DNA of 59,385 bases, the filler included, from Dimargaris cristalligena (Eukaryota): the NCBI GenBank assembly GCA_003614675.1. It is 2 parts of 2 records of this genome, joined end to end, with 100 filler letters (N's around TTAATTAATTAA, not from the genome) between each part and the next. Parts side by side here need not be neighbours in the genome. Positions count along the whole stretch, not along the records: positions 1 to 29,681 come from ML002478.1; 1 more part is not named here. One strand, 5' to 3'. The notes below the pieces were generated by a model. It was not told the origin of the DNA and searched no databases. It was given only the letters and a program-made list of their open reading frames with translations. Both the position numbers and the translations under genes were made by a program. This document shows positions 12,533 to 25,736 of this stretch, in pieces. Numbering within the stretch: position 1 is the stretch's first letter; each line of letters starts with the position of its first letter.

Positions 12533-13954
12533 ATGGCCCTTTTCAGCCTGGGTCAAGGCTACCGAACGACCTATGTCCAATTTCTTATTGTCGCCGCCAT
12601 CTATTTCTGTGCCTCGGCCAGCTACATGGTGGTCAACGGTGTCGGCGGCGGCGGTTTAGTGGACAGTTCCGTGTCAGCGCGGGCCAATTTCGTTTCTAAT
12701 ATTGCCAGTTCCGCGGTGGGTCTCTTTTCGGGCGCCATCCACAACTATCTCGGTTCGCGCGCCTCGCTGCTCATTGGGGCCGTTGCCTACGTGTTCTTTG
12801 CCCTGTCTTACTTTATTTACGGCCTCACAGGCCATGCCGCCATTGTGTACGTGGCCGCGGTCTGTTTCGGCCTCTCCATTACCCTGTTCTGGACCGCCCA
12901 AGGGTCCCTGATGCTGTCGTACCCGACCGAGGACCACCGGGGTAAATACATCACCACGTTTTTCGTGGCCTTTTCCGCCAGCGGCGTAACGGGCGGAGTC
13001 CTGGCCCTGGCCCTCAATTTCCACTCCAAGTTTCCCACCCTCGGGGCCACCACCTATTTGGCCGCCATCGCCATTGGCGCCGTGGGTGTGGCTTTAGTGT
13101 TTTTCCTTCGCCCGGCCAGCCAGTTGGTGCAGGATAACGGCCACCCCCTCGTGGTGCGTAAATTCGAAGGCTGGCGCCACGAGATTCGGGGTACCGGAGG
13201 GATTTTTACCAACAAGTACATGTGGCTCATGACCCCTTTGTTTATTGTTTTGGGCACGTATTTCACGTACATTTCCAACGGTTACAACTTTTCGCTCTTT
13301 ACCATCCGGACCCGGGGGTTAAACGCCACGCTGTTTAGTATTTGCGGCATGCTCGGCTCGCTGGTGTTCGGCTATTACATGGACCACGCCCGGCTCCCTA
13401 TGCGTCTGCGCGGTACCGTAGCCGCCGGGGCCATCACGGTATTGTTGTTAGCATCGTGGGTTAGTGCTTATTTCGTGCAACGGCCCTACCCCCGCCTGGA
13501 CCCCGACTCCCCCGCGGCACTGGCTCACGTGGGGCACGATTTCAGTTCCGGGTTTTACTGGGCCACCGTCCTGATTTACTGTACCTGGGGGTTCCTCGAT
13601 TCAACCCTCAACGCTTTTTCGTTCTGGATTTTAGGGGGCGTGACTTCCGACCCCGATGAACTGGCCCGTTTCACCGGGTACACCCGTTGTCTCCAAGGTC
13701 TAGGGGGGGTCTTGTCCTGGGGTCTGGACTCGTTGCGTGTTGCGTACGTTACCGAACTTTGGGTCACGTTTAGTTTGCTGTTGGTCGGGATGGCCTTTGC
13801 CGTGGCGACCATCCGGGTGTTGCCCCTCCCCAACGAAACTGACTCAATGGACGTGGCATCGGTGAACGTCGCGTTCGATGGTGATAGTGCGTGCGAGGAG
13901 GTTAAGGCTCCGCTGGTCGAGAAACCCCACCTGCCCACTGGGCAAGCAGTGTAG
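12533..13954 (+). CDS. UNC-93-like MFS membrane protein
   Basis: About 12 hydrophobic segments; GVGGGG, LFWTAQGSLMLSYPTE..RGKY and ARFTGY motifs of fungal UNC-93-like proteins. First ATG at 12533. Confidence 0.85.
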   Translation: MALFSLGQGYRTTYVQFLIVAAIYFCASASYMVVNGVGGGGLVDSSVSARANFVSNIASSAVGLFSGAIHNYLGSRASLLIGAVAYVFFALSYFIYGLTGHAAIVYVAAVCFGLSITLFWTAQGSLMLSYPTEDHRGKYITTFFVAFSASGVTGGVLALALNFHSKFPTLGATTYLAAIAIGAVGVALVFFLRPASQLVQDNGHPLVVRKFEGWRHEIRGTGGIFTNKYMWLMTPLFIVLGTYFTYISNGYNFSLFTIRTRGLNATLFSICGMLGSLVFGYYMDHARLPMRLRGTVAAGAITVLLLASWVSAYFVQRPYPRLDPDSPAALAHVGHDFSSGFYWATVLIYCTWGFLDSTLNAFSFWILGGVTSDPDELARFTGYTRCLQGLGGVLSWGLDSLRVAYVTELWVTFSLLLVGMAFAVATIRVLPLPNETDSMDVASVNVAFDGDSACEEVKAPLVEKPHLPTGQAV

Positions 13955-14979
13955 ATTTAGATGGGCCAAATAGAGCCCATTTATACCTTACACCCCCTCT
14001 CTCCACTCGTAATAGTAGACTCCGGCTTTAGAATTAGGCATTATTGTCGGAGCCATCATCTGACCGTAGAAATATTTGGTATTATTCCTCCTTTCTCTTT
14101 TACTATTATATTCAGCCACAGACGTTCCATCATGTACTAATATTATTAAATTGTATCTGATGTGTGTGTGGATGCACTACTGTGCCTTCCCACCAACTGT
14201 TTTATATATATATATATATATATGTTTTAGTCTCTCTTGATTTTTTTACATAGCTTCTCTGTGAATTGATGCTTTCCAGTTTTCGGGTATATCCACTATA
14301 TTAATTAGCATTATAAAAGATAGACACACATATGAATGAAATACCTCCCTCCCGATGGAGTATTGGCTAGTGCGAGTGTTAAATAGGGGGGCTATATAAA
14401 AATAAAATAAATATACCTCCCGAGTGAATTTGAGTTAGAAATCCACCCCCATTTAAGAATACGGTAGGTAAGAAAATACATTCCGAGTAGTTTGATGCAA
14501 TGCGCGTGGGCTATACTTAAGTTGGCCTAATGGGCCAAAAAATCAATGGTGTGATTGAGGTAATGAGCAGAAATAAAGAGATAGAAAGAGAGAGACAGAT
14601 AGACAGCAATGCCACGGACACAGCGATGGCGATGTGATGGTGCAAAGTCCATGGGAGATAAGTGAAATATTATATACAGAGGTACAGCAATGTTTGCTTG
14701 GGAAAAATAGGGAATACGCCGGATTTAGAGCCAGGGGGCGGCGTAGGCGGAGAGTGAGTAAACGAAATATACAAAATAACATGCAGTGGGTGTTGCATGA
14801 GATGGCAGTGCGACGAGCAAGGGGGAGGAGGGAGGCAGTGAGTGTGTGGGCGGTAGTGCAAGGGAGGGGGAGAAGGATTGGTTGGTTGGTTAAAGCAAGT
14901 GAAAGAGAAAGAGTGAGAGTGGGGATAGAGCTTTAGGTCGGACGGTAATGAGATCGTCGCCTCGGAATTGACTATAGGG

Positions 14980-16930
14980 TTAGGTGCACTCTTCCAAGAA
15001 ACGGCGGTAGCAGCTACGGCAAGAGCGAACGGGAGTGCCATGGATGGCATCGAATTTTAAGTCGGGCTTGAGGTAGATGGTGTACTTGGAGCAATCCCCG
15101 CAAAACGACGATCCGCACCTACGCGCGTATTCGAGGGGAAAATATACCAACCACCAATAATCATAAAGCAAAATATAAAAGGAAGGGCTGTTAAGGACGG
15201 GTTCGAGCAGGTGAGATAGTGCAGCATGCAACAAGTGACGTCGACCTGCGTGGTATACATTCTCGGACTGCGGTTCCGAACCAACGAAGCCACATCAAAT
15301 GTGGCAGTGTATGGTAGTTTATCACATTGGCGACGACAACAACAGACAGGGGGAGGACCCACATGATACCCGAAATATCCAAAAAGGGGACTACTCTACT
15401 CTACTTACGAGCGACAGTGGTGGTGGCGGAAGAAGAAGTTGAACTTGCGGCCGCACATGTGGTAGTTGCAGCGAGTGGACTCGGCATCGCTCTGGTGGAT
15501 CCGAAGAATACGGCATGTTCGAGAGTAGTCGCATGCAGGGGATAAAAGGTGTCGCCGCAGCCCGGAGAAATGGGGAAGTGAAGATTTTTTAGTAAAAAGA
15601 GCATCCCAAGGTGGAGACATTCGTATATGGGGGGAAGAAGAATGACAAGGGGGAGAAGAGTCGGTCGGCTGGTTTAGATGTACATACCCGTAGGGCCCGG
15701 GGAAGGGAGATTCACTTCTACATTATCCCGTGTAAAGGGACATTAGTCAACTTACCTTCCAGTGCTTGCGGGGCAGATCATCGCCCCAGATGTAGAGCGA
15801 CATTCTTTCGGAGAGGGGCACCGGGCGGGTCACGGGTTTGACTTTCGGGAGGGGCGGATCCAGGTCGAGGTAGAGCGAATACTGGCCGGGCCGGTAGTCA
15901 GCGGCGTACATGGCGGAGGGAGTGGACTGGGTTAGCGGGGCCGAATGGGGGGGCTGCTGTTGCTGTTGAAAATGGCCAGAGTGGGCGGAGTACGTGGATG
16001 CGGCATCAGAGGTTGCCGCCAAGTCAATCGCCAAGCCGGCGACGTTGTTGTTGGCGGTGGATGAGGAAGACGGACGCCCCTCGTCCGATCCGGCGGAAGC
16101 GGTATGGCGATGCGGGGGCTGGGATTGTTGATCACACCATGAAAACCACCATAGATATCACGCCGAATTCGGATGGAGTGGAGTGGGAGAAGAGAATAAA
16201 TAGTATAGATAAAAAAAAATCCCGGGGATAAGGGGATGTATGTAGAGGAAATCAATAAAGATGCACAAGGAGAAAAATTGGTGTGTTAGGGCTAGTCACT
16301 ATCAAGTACCCCCATAAAGACAGTCCTGGTGGGAAGGCCTATACTCCATCATCACCACCACCACCACAGACGGACAAAGGGCAGAAACACACCTATGCGT
16401 CTACCGAACCCTTGGTTTTTGGAATGGCAATGGGTGGCGACAATCCTTCATTCATCTTGTCATTAAGAGCCCTTCCATCAATTCGCGGGCCATGAAGCAT
16501 CTCTACCAACCCTACAGACTGCCGGTGCATCGATGGATATCACCAATCAACTTACAATGTACTTGGAAGTGCCCACTTTGTAGCTTCCGGTTACGCGGGG
16601 TCGGAACCATTGGGCGCCCGGGACTCCGGTGCGGTCGTAGGTGCCCGAGCCGGGCAGCGGGGGGTCGGATACGCGGTGGTAGCGGCGACGCGGCTGCTGC
16701 TGCTGGTGCGGGTTCTGGCTGTGGTTATGGTTATGGTGGTGGTGGTGAGGAGGACGGTCTTGGCGGTCGGCCAGCGGAGGGCACTGTAGACGAGAAGAGC
16801 CCGAGCTGGAACCGGAGGCAGAGGAGCGGAGGGAGGGAGTGGCCGAGGCGTTAGGGTAAACTACTGAGCCGCGCAGGTCCAAGGATGTCTTGGATAGCAG
16901 TTTAGGACGGGAGTCTTGTCGAGGCAGCAT
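14980..16930 (-). CDS. FYVE zinc-finger protein, 4 exons (5' exon less certain)
   Basis: Exons 16930-16556, 16118-15756, 15491-15409 and 15118-14980 join in frame, giving HWKSD..CNYHMC..FNFFFRHHHCRSCGSSFCGDCS...VRSCRSCY. Confidence 0.8.
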
Positions 16931-19093
16931 GGTTTGGAGGGGGTGGTAGTAGTAGCAGAAATAGTAGTGGTGGTGGTGCTAGACGCAGAGGCGGCAATAA
17001 ATGATGGAGAGTAAGGAGAAGAAGCCAAGCAGGGGTAGCGAAGGGGGGGAGGGAGCAGCGACGGGAGTATTTGTATTGATCAGTCGGAGTATATGGCAGA
17101 AGGAAGGAGTGATAAATTGGAGGTGGCTGGAATCACAGGCAAACCCAGTAGACTGGGTGGGAGAATAGTAAATGGTGTGACGGACGAGAGTGGTTGCTGA
17201 TCTAACAACGGGCCTTCATAACCTTCCTTACTAGGGTCCAGGGCTAATGCATGAGCCTCTTCTATAGGCACACTGGTTAAGGCTTGTTTTCATATATCTG
17301 TCCATACGGAGATTCATAGAATGATTAATATATATATTATATTATATATACATCCACCAGCCAATACAATGACCAACCCATTCATTATTAATCATCCGGC
17401 TTCTTGATACTACTATACTCTACCCCTTGCCAAATACCACGTAAATCGATGCTCCACACTTTCCTCTTCACTCGCCCAGATTCACTCCTCCTGCCACCAC
17501 CAGTGTGTGGGTGTGCACCACTCTCCTCCACCAGCTGGATCCATCTCGGTTTACACCAAAAAGGGATTGTCGTCTGGTTATTATTATGGTGATTATATTC
17601 TAGTCGGATATCACTGGCCAGTCCTCTCTGCGCCACACTCTCCGCCATTAGGGGGCAGGGTAATATTAAGGTATTATTTATTAAATGTTTTATCTATAGG
17701 GAAACAAGGTAAATGAGGAAGGATATAAAGTAGGCCTATGGGGAAAAGGTTTCCTCCCCCCTCCTCCTGCTGGTCGATACACTCTCCCCCTCCCATTCAC
17801 TTGGGCGCGCGCGCGAGTTGGTTTTAACCCTCTAACACATATCCCTGAGGGCTAGTGTGTCGCAAGGATTCACCGTAACTATTAGTCCACACTCCGAACC
17901 CGTACCCAACCTAAATCAGCGACCCTCCCATAGCTTACCAGGCACCCCATCATTCAACCAGCCCTGGAGCTACCACAACCAAGGCGTTCGGGATTCCCAG
18001 CCAGGGTATTACCATCCCGCCTCCTTCCCGACCTGTACCTGTTGTCTTCCTTCCCGTCTACGATGAAACAGGTAGTAGAGTCAGGAATACCGCCCCTTTA
18101 TCCCGCGCAACCTTCGCTAAATTTGCAGTCGAATAGACAGACCGAATAGATGAACGATCAAGCTGGAAAAAAGGGATGATTATTGATTATAATATATATA
18201 TGTATATATATATAAATGGCGGCCCGGAGAAAATCGGCGGTGGCGTACACCCCGCTCGAAACTCCGACCCTTCGTAACAGTCGTGCGGATTAGGGTGCGC
18301 ACTGTTAGAGGATGATCGGTGGAGTATATCCCTTCTTAACCACATTGCCTGGTTCCGGTGGCATGTGGGTAAACACGTCAACCTTGAGCACCCGGAGGCT
18401 GTTGGGCTCGACTCCCCCTCCAGACAGCCAGCGGGGGGAGATGTGTCTATTTCCCTTTTTACTAATGGATGGATGGATGGGTGGGTGGGTGGATGGGGTT
18501 GTCCGCCGGGTAGAATGAAGTTTTTTCCCGGTTTCTGCGGACCGTTCACTGCCATCATTATTTACGGAGCCGCTACAGGTCGTCTGGTTCATAGTCATCA
18601 TGAAGCAGGAGACGGACTAGCCTACATTTACACACTAGACCAGGCAAGCCTCCCCTTTTCGGAGCTTCTTCTAATTTAGTTTTGATTTTCATCATAATAG
18701 TTATTGATATGCTATGCCTGTGTGCCGTCACACCTATATTTAAAAGAAAAGGTATACCATTCCCCTTTAGTTTCTTCACGGACTTTCGGTTTATGGACTA
18801 GCAGTAGTGACCACTGGTGTGCCTTGATTGTCGCTCCCGTTTTTAGTCGCTAAAATCATCATAACAAAAACAATAACAATAGTTACCACTAAGCCTTGTC
18901 CCACTAAAACCCCCCCAATGAAAAGAGAGCGACTGTGTGGGTGGGAGGAGCGGCCGTTTGTTTATGAATCTCGCCAACCCTACCTGTCGTCGCGTATCCC
19001 TCCTCCCCAAGAGCCCTACTGCTGAATCGGGAGAATAGATCGCCTATACTTTTTGGAATTCAAAGCTCCCCTAACTACAATATTACTGCCAGG

Positions 19094-20569
19094 ATGGACC
19101 CATTCCTCATTCAGCTTCGCCTTCACCTGAGCGGGTTCCATACTCCAGAGAAGCCCTTGTATATTCAAGCCATTCGCACCAAAGCCTCCTCCTGTCCTCC
19201 GCTCTACGACGCTGTTCCCCCTACTACCGAATCTACTACGCCCCCAGCCAATGCACGCCCCCCGACGGAATTCGTAAGCAAGCGGCTGTTGTTGGTCTCT
19301 CAGCGGACCCGGGCTACCGAGCCCGCCAGCGCCGTCTTAGTAGCCGGTCTCATGGCCTACGAGTACCGGCAGCCGCGCGTCCGGGGCCGACCAGCCGTCG
19401 TGTACATTGAAAAAGTGGACAGTTCCGGTTTCGGCCCGAGTACCGCCACGACCACGACCACCACCACTGACTCCTCTTCGACCCCGGCCCGGCCACGTTC
19501 CCCCGCGGCGGCCCTGGTCCGCGCCTATCTACAGGCCTGCCTGGCGACTTATGGAACTTCCTACCCGGTTGAGTTCCACGTATGCGCGCGCCCCCAACCC
19601 GAGTACCTCTTTGCCAAGTCCCAACGGAACCCCAGCAAACGGATCCTGGACGACCGGCAATTGATCCGGTGGTGGTATCGGCAACTAGACTCGACGCTGG
19701 CGGCCGCTCGACCAACCAACCCGGCCGCCACCACCACCACCACTATATCTTCGGATCAACAGGTCCGGGCCCATTGGCTGGTGCCGGGCGTGGATGCGCG
19801 CGAGGCCCCGGGTATCTTGGCCAGCTCCACTGCTCCTACTACTACTATTACTACTGGTACTACTACTACTACTACTGCTACTGCTACTGCTACTGCTTCG
19901 GATCACCCCTCGCCGCGCTCGGCCGGACCCGGTCTACCCTGGACCTACGGCTACCCGTACACACCCGACCGGCGTGCCCGGGAAGTCATCCCCCAATTCC
20001 CTGACGACCCCCAGACCCGCCTACTTGCTAAAGCAGGGGCAGCCCGGTGGACCGTCCACGAATTCGAGGAGCTGTTGAGTATCAGTGAGGAGTGCGGGGC
20101 CGGACACCGCACCGGGTTTTTTGTGGTACAGATTCCGTCCAAATGGACGGTTCCGATCCCCGGACATGCTTCCTTATTGTCGTCACCAAAGAAGGATGGA
20201 AATAAAGAGGAGGAGGCGTCGAAGGATACCGGGCTATGGTGCGATCTATCGAACAAGGGGTGGGAGACTATGCTGACTTTGCTGTTTCACCGTAGTATGG
20301 ATTTTACGGATACAGAGGCGGGTCAGCGGTCGACGCAACGGTTTGTTCAGTGGATGCAGCGTAAATTCCAATTGCGGGAGGTTGCTTGTCGACCCTTGCC
20401 AACCCGGGCCGATGGAGGAACCGAAGAAATTGGTTCTGGGAACGTTGAGCCAGCGGCACCCGCGGAAGGGGGGCACCTCCTGCCCGATTCTCATAATGAC
20501 CCATCCACTGTAAACGACGACGACGAGCCGCCCGCGAAACGACCCCGGCTGACGGATGGCACAAATTGA
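19094..20569 (+). CDS. RTT109: Histone H3K56 acetyltransferase Rtt109
   Basis: VYIEKVDSSG, ARPQPEYLF..S..N..KRILDDRQLIRWW, IPQFPDDP and SEECGAGHRTGF motifs; C-terminal NLS-like PPAKRPRL. Confidence 0.88.
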   Translation: MDPFLIQLRLHLSGFHTPEKPLYIQAIRTKASSCPPLYDAVPPTTESTTPPANARPPTEFVSKRLLLVSQRTRATEPASAVLVAGLMAYEYRQPRVRGRPAVVYIEKVDSSGFGPSTATTTTTTTDSSSTPARPRSPAAALVRAYLQACLATYGTSYPVEFHVCARPQPEYLFAKSQRNPSKRILDDRQLIRWWYRQLDSTLAAARPTNPAATTTTTISSDQQVRAHWLVPGVDAREAPGILASSTAPTTTITTGTTTTTTATATATASDHPSPRSAGPGLPWTYGYPYTPDRRAREVIPQFPDDPQTRLLAKAGAARWTVHEFEELLSISEECGAGHRTGFFVVQIPSKWTVPIPGHASLLSSPKKDGNKEEEASKDTGLWCDLSNKGWETMLTLLFHRSMDFTDTEAGQRSTQRFVQWMQRKFQLREVACRPLPTRADGGTEEIGSGNVEPAAPAEGGHLLPDSHNDPSTVNDDDEPPAKRPRLTDGTN

Positions 20570-21296
20570 TGGACTCGCCCTGACTTAAATTATGGGCTTA
20601 TTGGGTGTGCCCCTTGCTTACGATCGATGCCTACTCTATCCACGCAGAGGGTATTGTTTGATTTGCGCTTAACATCCCGACCTTTGTCGCCGCTACTTTA
20701 TACTATACGAAACTGTGGGCTGCCACTTCTCACCATTAAAGATTCATTATCATATATACTATGCCTAGGCGATTTCCCCACTAGGGTTTGAGCTTACTCA
20801 TTAGGAGAGAGACTCATCTGGCCAATCATAGGGAAGCGGGCGGTTACCTGGCTTCGATTGGCCCTTTCCCCAGCCATTATCAATTAGATCACTGTATTCC
20901 TTCCGCACATCGGCATTAGCCAGTCACAGCCATTTATCCCATCCCATGGTAGTAGTGTGTGTGGTATATTCGCTGTCATGGGTTCCTTTTTTCCCTCCTT
21001 TCTCGCTCAACGACTTATAAAAAGTCCTTGCTTTACAAGGCCTTTGGCAAAACGGTCTACTAAGCCTGGTGTGTGTGTTCTATTTAGTAATTAAATATCT
21101 CTCTCTTATTCCCTTTCTAATAAGGTAGCCTTCTCGTCTGTACATAAACTTGTTTTATCACTCTTTCTGTCTATCTCTTCGTACACGCCCTAGTTAACGA
21201 CGACCCTCACGCCCTCGGCATACTATAGAATAATAGACTCGTGGCACACACGATCCCTTCCTTACCCCGTCCGTTTGACATTTCCCGATTGCCAAC

Positions 21297-22757
21297 ATGG
21301 TATACGTTCCTGACCCGGCCCGCGACCTTATTGCCGGGACTGTTGGTGGTTGGGCCCAGGTGGTAGTAGGCCACCCGTTTGATACCATTAAAGTAAGTAA
21401 GCCAACTGAAGTTATACCCTTCTATAGAGTGTGACTGCTTAGTACTTCTAGGGGGGACTCTGTTCTCCCGGCGTCTTGCAGCGACCTAGTTTTTTCGGCT
21501 ATACCCCGGGTTTTAACCCTATGCTATTCTGTCCTTGACTGATACCCCCGACTGACTTTTTTGTATGGCTAGGTTCGCATGCAAACCCAACCCCACCCGG
21601 CCATATACCGCGGCGGCCTTCACTGTGTGTCCACTCTCATTAAACAAGAAGGGGTATGTATTTAATTTACTCTAATATTTAGTCAAGGACATCCCGCCCC
21701 CGCTCACATGTTCTCCGCTTTATTCTATCAGCTGATTTGCCCCACCTGAGTTAAAAGGAGAAACGCAGTCACAATTGCCAAATTGGCTGTGTTGGGTGCC
21801 TATTATAGACTAGACCCTCGGCTGACCATATCCGGTATCCTATTTCGGTCAAGTGCCTCTGTTTCCCACTTCCCCCCCCCCTTGCCCCTGTGTTTCCCAG
21901 ATCTCACTAACACTCTAAATTCCCTGGAACTTCTATAATGTGCTGCAATTATCTCGGTTGACCCCTCCCTCCCGTCCCCCGACAACCCACCACCTTTATA
22001 GCCCTCGGCTCTGTTCAAGGGCGTGACCTCCCCGTTGGCCGGTATCGGTATTTGCAATGCCGTGGTGTTTACGGCCAACGGCTATTTCCGCAAACTCCTC
22101 CAAGGGGACCACCCGCGCTCCCCGATCCGGATCGACCAGGCCATGTTGGCGGGTAGTATGGCTGGGTCGGTGATGGCCTTTTTCAACTGCCCCATTGAAC
22201 TGCTCAAAGTCAAACTCCAGGTTCAGGGCCCGGCGGCTACTGCTACTGCGGGGGCCCCGGCCATCGCCGCGGTCCCCCAGTACACGGGGGTATTCAACTG
22301 CGGGGTCCGGACCTTCCGCGAGCAAGGCCTTCGTGGTCTCTACCGGGGCTTCAGTATCACCTTCATTCGGGACGTGCCCAGTTTCGGCTGTTACTTTGGT
22401 GCCTATGAACTAACCAAGCAACTCCTGGCCCGCCGGCGTTCCCCGGAGACCTTTGCGACACCCGGGGCCGGCCCGCACTACACCAACACCGGTCTGGAGC
22501 TGTGTTTGGCGGGCGGCGTGGCGGGTATTGCGGCGTGGTTGTTTTGCTACCCCCAGGACATCGTCAAGTCCCGCATGCAGAGTAACCCGAGTTACCCGAA
22601 TACCCTGGCCTGCTTCCGGATTTTGTGGAAGGAGGCCCAGGGCCCCGGGAACTGGCGCGTGTTCTTCCGTGGATTCGGGCCGACGTTGGCCCGGGCGTTC
22701 CCGGCCAATGCGGCCACGTTTGTGGCCTACGAATGGGCCTTGAAGCACATGTCGTAA
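21297..22757 (+). CDS. Mitochondrial carrier (SLC25; basic amino acid/carnitine-type), 3 exons
   Basis: Three Px[DE]xxK signatures (PFDTIKVRMQ, PIELLKVKLQ, PQDIVKSRMQ), RDVPSF and RAFPANAATF. Introns ~21393-21572 and ~21654-22000. Confidence 0.92.
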
Positions 22758-23699
22758 AGGCGGGGCCAGAAGGGTTTTATTGTAGAGCCCCCTTTTATAT
22801 ATATTATATTTTGATCTTGGGTGTTGTTTCCCCTCCTTCCTTTTCTTTTCTTCTCTTCCGTCCTCTCTTGCGTAATGATTTCTACGGGTAGATCCGACGA
22901 ATATCTGTATCCTTGATGCGTATTAAATATACTATATGGGAGAGCTGTTGTGCTGTGAGTCACCGGGACGGCTGTATATTAAATGTATGAAGGGCGTGAT
23001 GGATATAAATGACATGGGTTTAAAGCACGAGGGTGGTGGCTTTTAGTTTAGGAAGAGGATATATTCTCGTAAGACCAATCATCTCCAGCAGTTGAGGGTT
23101 CTATAAGAAGAAGTCAGACTAATTAAATGAAATAACGGGCTTTTATCAAGTCCGTTGGGGGGAGGGGTGTGTGACTTGCCTCGATAAGCCTGACCAATTA
23201 ATACGGGCCACAGCGACACACCTCCCCACTTGCAGTGCAATAGAAGGTTGAAGGGTGTGAGTCGCTAATTGATCGCGAGGACTAGTGTGATATGGCGACG
23301 GGTTCTCGGCTTATATTGATTGGTGAGGGTAAAATAGTATTAGTGGGGTCGCCGCCCTAAGAATTTCCACTGGCTGATGGTGATGGGCGCGGACTGCTAT
23401 AGGTATTTTCTATTACTTGTGCCATTTCCCCCACCCACGGCGAAGTGAAGGAGGGGGGTGCGCACTGTTTACCACCCGTTTTCCCAAGGCGTTAAAACCC
23501 GTTGCGACAGTGTGCCTCCTATCAGCGCAATAGACGAGACCCCCCCTCTCCTGTCACTGTCACGTAAACCCAAACTCTACTTCCCTCTTCCTTCCCCTAC
23601 TAGACAGACGACTATTCGGGTTTTTGGTGATTTCGAACCCTTCTCCTTCATCCCGCCGTTATTGACGCTATATATCGATACAAGCGTATATATCCGACC

Positions 23700-25736
23700 A
23701 TGCTGCGTCTCAGCCGCACTATCTCCTCACTCGCCCGTACTTCCACCGGTGGTCAGGCGGGGTGGCCCTCCACCCTAGGCCGCCGTTCACTATCGACAGT
23801 TGGTGGGACCTTCCCCGGCTCCGGTCCCGCCCATGGAGGAGTCCAGTCTCTTATTACCTTGGCCTCCCGTCCTACGTCGACCACTCGTGGTAATGCCCAC
23901 TTCTCCACCACCCCTTCCCTGGTCACCGCGGGAACCCGGTCGCTTTCGACCGAGAGCACCCCGCTCCGCCACACCCCCCTCTACGAATTCCATAAGCAAC
24001 ACGGTGCCCAAATGGTCCCGTACGCCGGTTACGCCATGCCCGTGCAGTACGCCAATCTGGGGGTCCTCGCTTCGCACCACCATACCCGTACCGCCGCCTC
24101 GTTGTTCGACGTTTCGCACATGCTCCAGGTCCGCTTCACCGGCCCGGACCGCGTTAAATTTCTGGAGTCCCTCGTCGTAGCGGACCTGCAGAATTTAGCG
24201 CCTGGCCATATGGCCCTATCGGTTCTGACCAACGACCAAGGGGGTATCATTGACGATACGGTGATTACGAACCAGCCGGCGTGGTTTGCTGATTCTCCGC
24301 CAAGTTCAGCCGGGGGGACCGACGAAACGGCCTTGTATATGGTGCTCAATGCCGGGTGTGCCGAAAAGGATCTGCTCCATATCCAGGCCCGGCTGGACGC
24401 GGCCATCCGTGATCATGGCCTCCAAGTCCATCTGGCCATCCAGTCCCGCTATGCGTTGCTGGCCTTGCAGGGCCCGCGGGCTGCCGAAGCTCTTGCGGCG
24501 GCCGGGGAGGGTTCGGAACTGGCCGATCTGGACCAGCTGAAATTCATGCAGGCCAAAATGGCCACGCTGCGGGGGGTGCCGATCCACCTGGCCCGGTGCG
24601 GATACACGGGCGAAGACGGCTTTGAACTGGCCGTGCCGGCGACCCATGCCACCCACGTGGCTGAGTGGTTGTTGGAACAGCCGGCCGTGGAATTGGCCGG
24701 TTTGGGCGCCCGGGATAGTCTGCGGCTGGAAGCGGGACTTTGTCTTTACGGACATGAGTTGGATCAGAACACTACCCCGGTGGAAGCCGGATTGACGTGG
24801 ACTATTGGTAAGTGGGTGAACTGTTTGATATATATATATAGGGGGGGGGGGTTTGCCACCCATCCCCTCGTAGTGATTTGCTGAACCGCTTTAGTGACGG
24901 AGTGGCCCGAAGAGTTCGTTAATTAATTAATTGTTATTTTTATACATGTGCCATGTGTTGTATACCGCCACTCTCCGTCACCTTTTTCAGGTAAACGTCG
25001 CCGTCAGGAAGGTGGATTCCCCGGAGCCGAAATCATCCTCGGCCAGATCAAAAATAACCCGCCCCGTCGTCGGGTGGGCCTGATTGTCCAGGGCTCTCCT
25101 GCTCGTCGTAAGTACTCATCTATATCAATGTATTAATTTCGGGATTTATTGGTTAGCTGTCATCTGAACCTCGTGTTGTCCCGGCACGGGGAGATATGCT
25201 TCCATCGCCGGATCTTTCTCGCCAATAGACACCATATCACTCATATCCGGTTGTATTAACCCCCCCCCCCCCTATAACACCATGCACCTCAATAGAAAAC
25301 GCCATCATTTATAACGAGCAAGGCGAACAGATTGGTAAGAATAGATTAAGTGTGTTTCCCCTTGGGTCTAAGAATCAACACTTTGGACCGTTTATGGTTG
25401 CGCTATGCTCAGTTGCATTTCGACTACGCTTCTCTTCCTTGGGAAAATCACCAGTCTTCAATGGACCTGAATACCCATATAGTAACTAACTTCTGGTTCG
25501 CTATTTATTGCCTTACTTTGGGGACCCTGCACCAATTCACCCGCACTATGCCAGGCGAAGTCACCAGCGGGATTCCGTCGCCCTCGGTCAAAGGCCAGAA
25601 CATTGCCATGGGCTATGTCAAGTTTGGGTACCACAAGAACAACACCCCCCTTAAAGTGGCCGTCCGCAAACGCATGAACCCGGCCACGGTGGCCAAGACG
25701 CCCTTCGTCCCCGCTAACTACTATAAAGGGGGTTAG
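23700..25736 (+). CDS. GCV1: Glycine cleavage system T protein (aminomethyltransferase), 4 exons
   Basis: [42 protein letters not shown] and GEVTSG..SP motifs; three GT-AG introns rejoin in frame. Confidence 0.96.

Noticed and set aside
19836-19897. TAC/TGC triplet tract in RTT109 and the CAT tract in POLD3 (7356-7395)
   Set aside because: Ordinary coding microsatellites giving poly-Thr/Ala and poly-Asp linkers.
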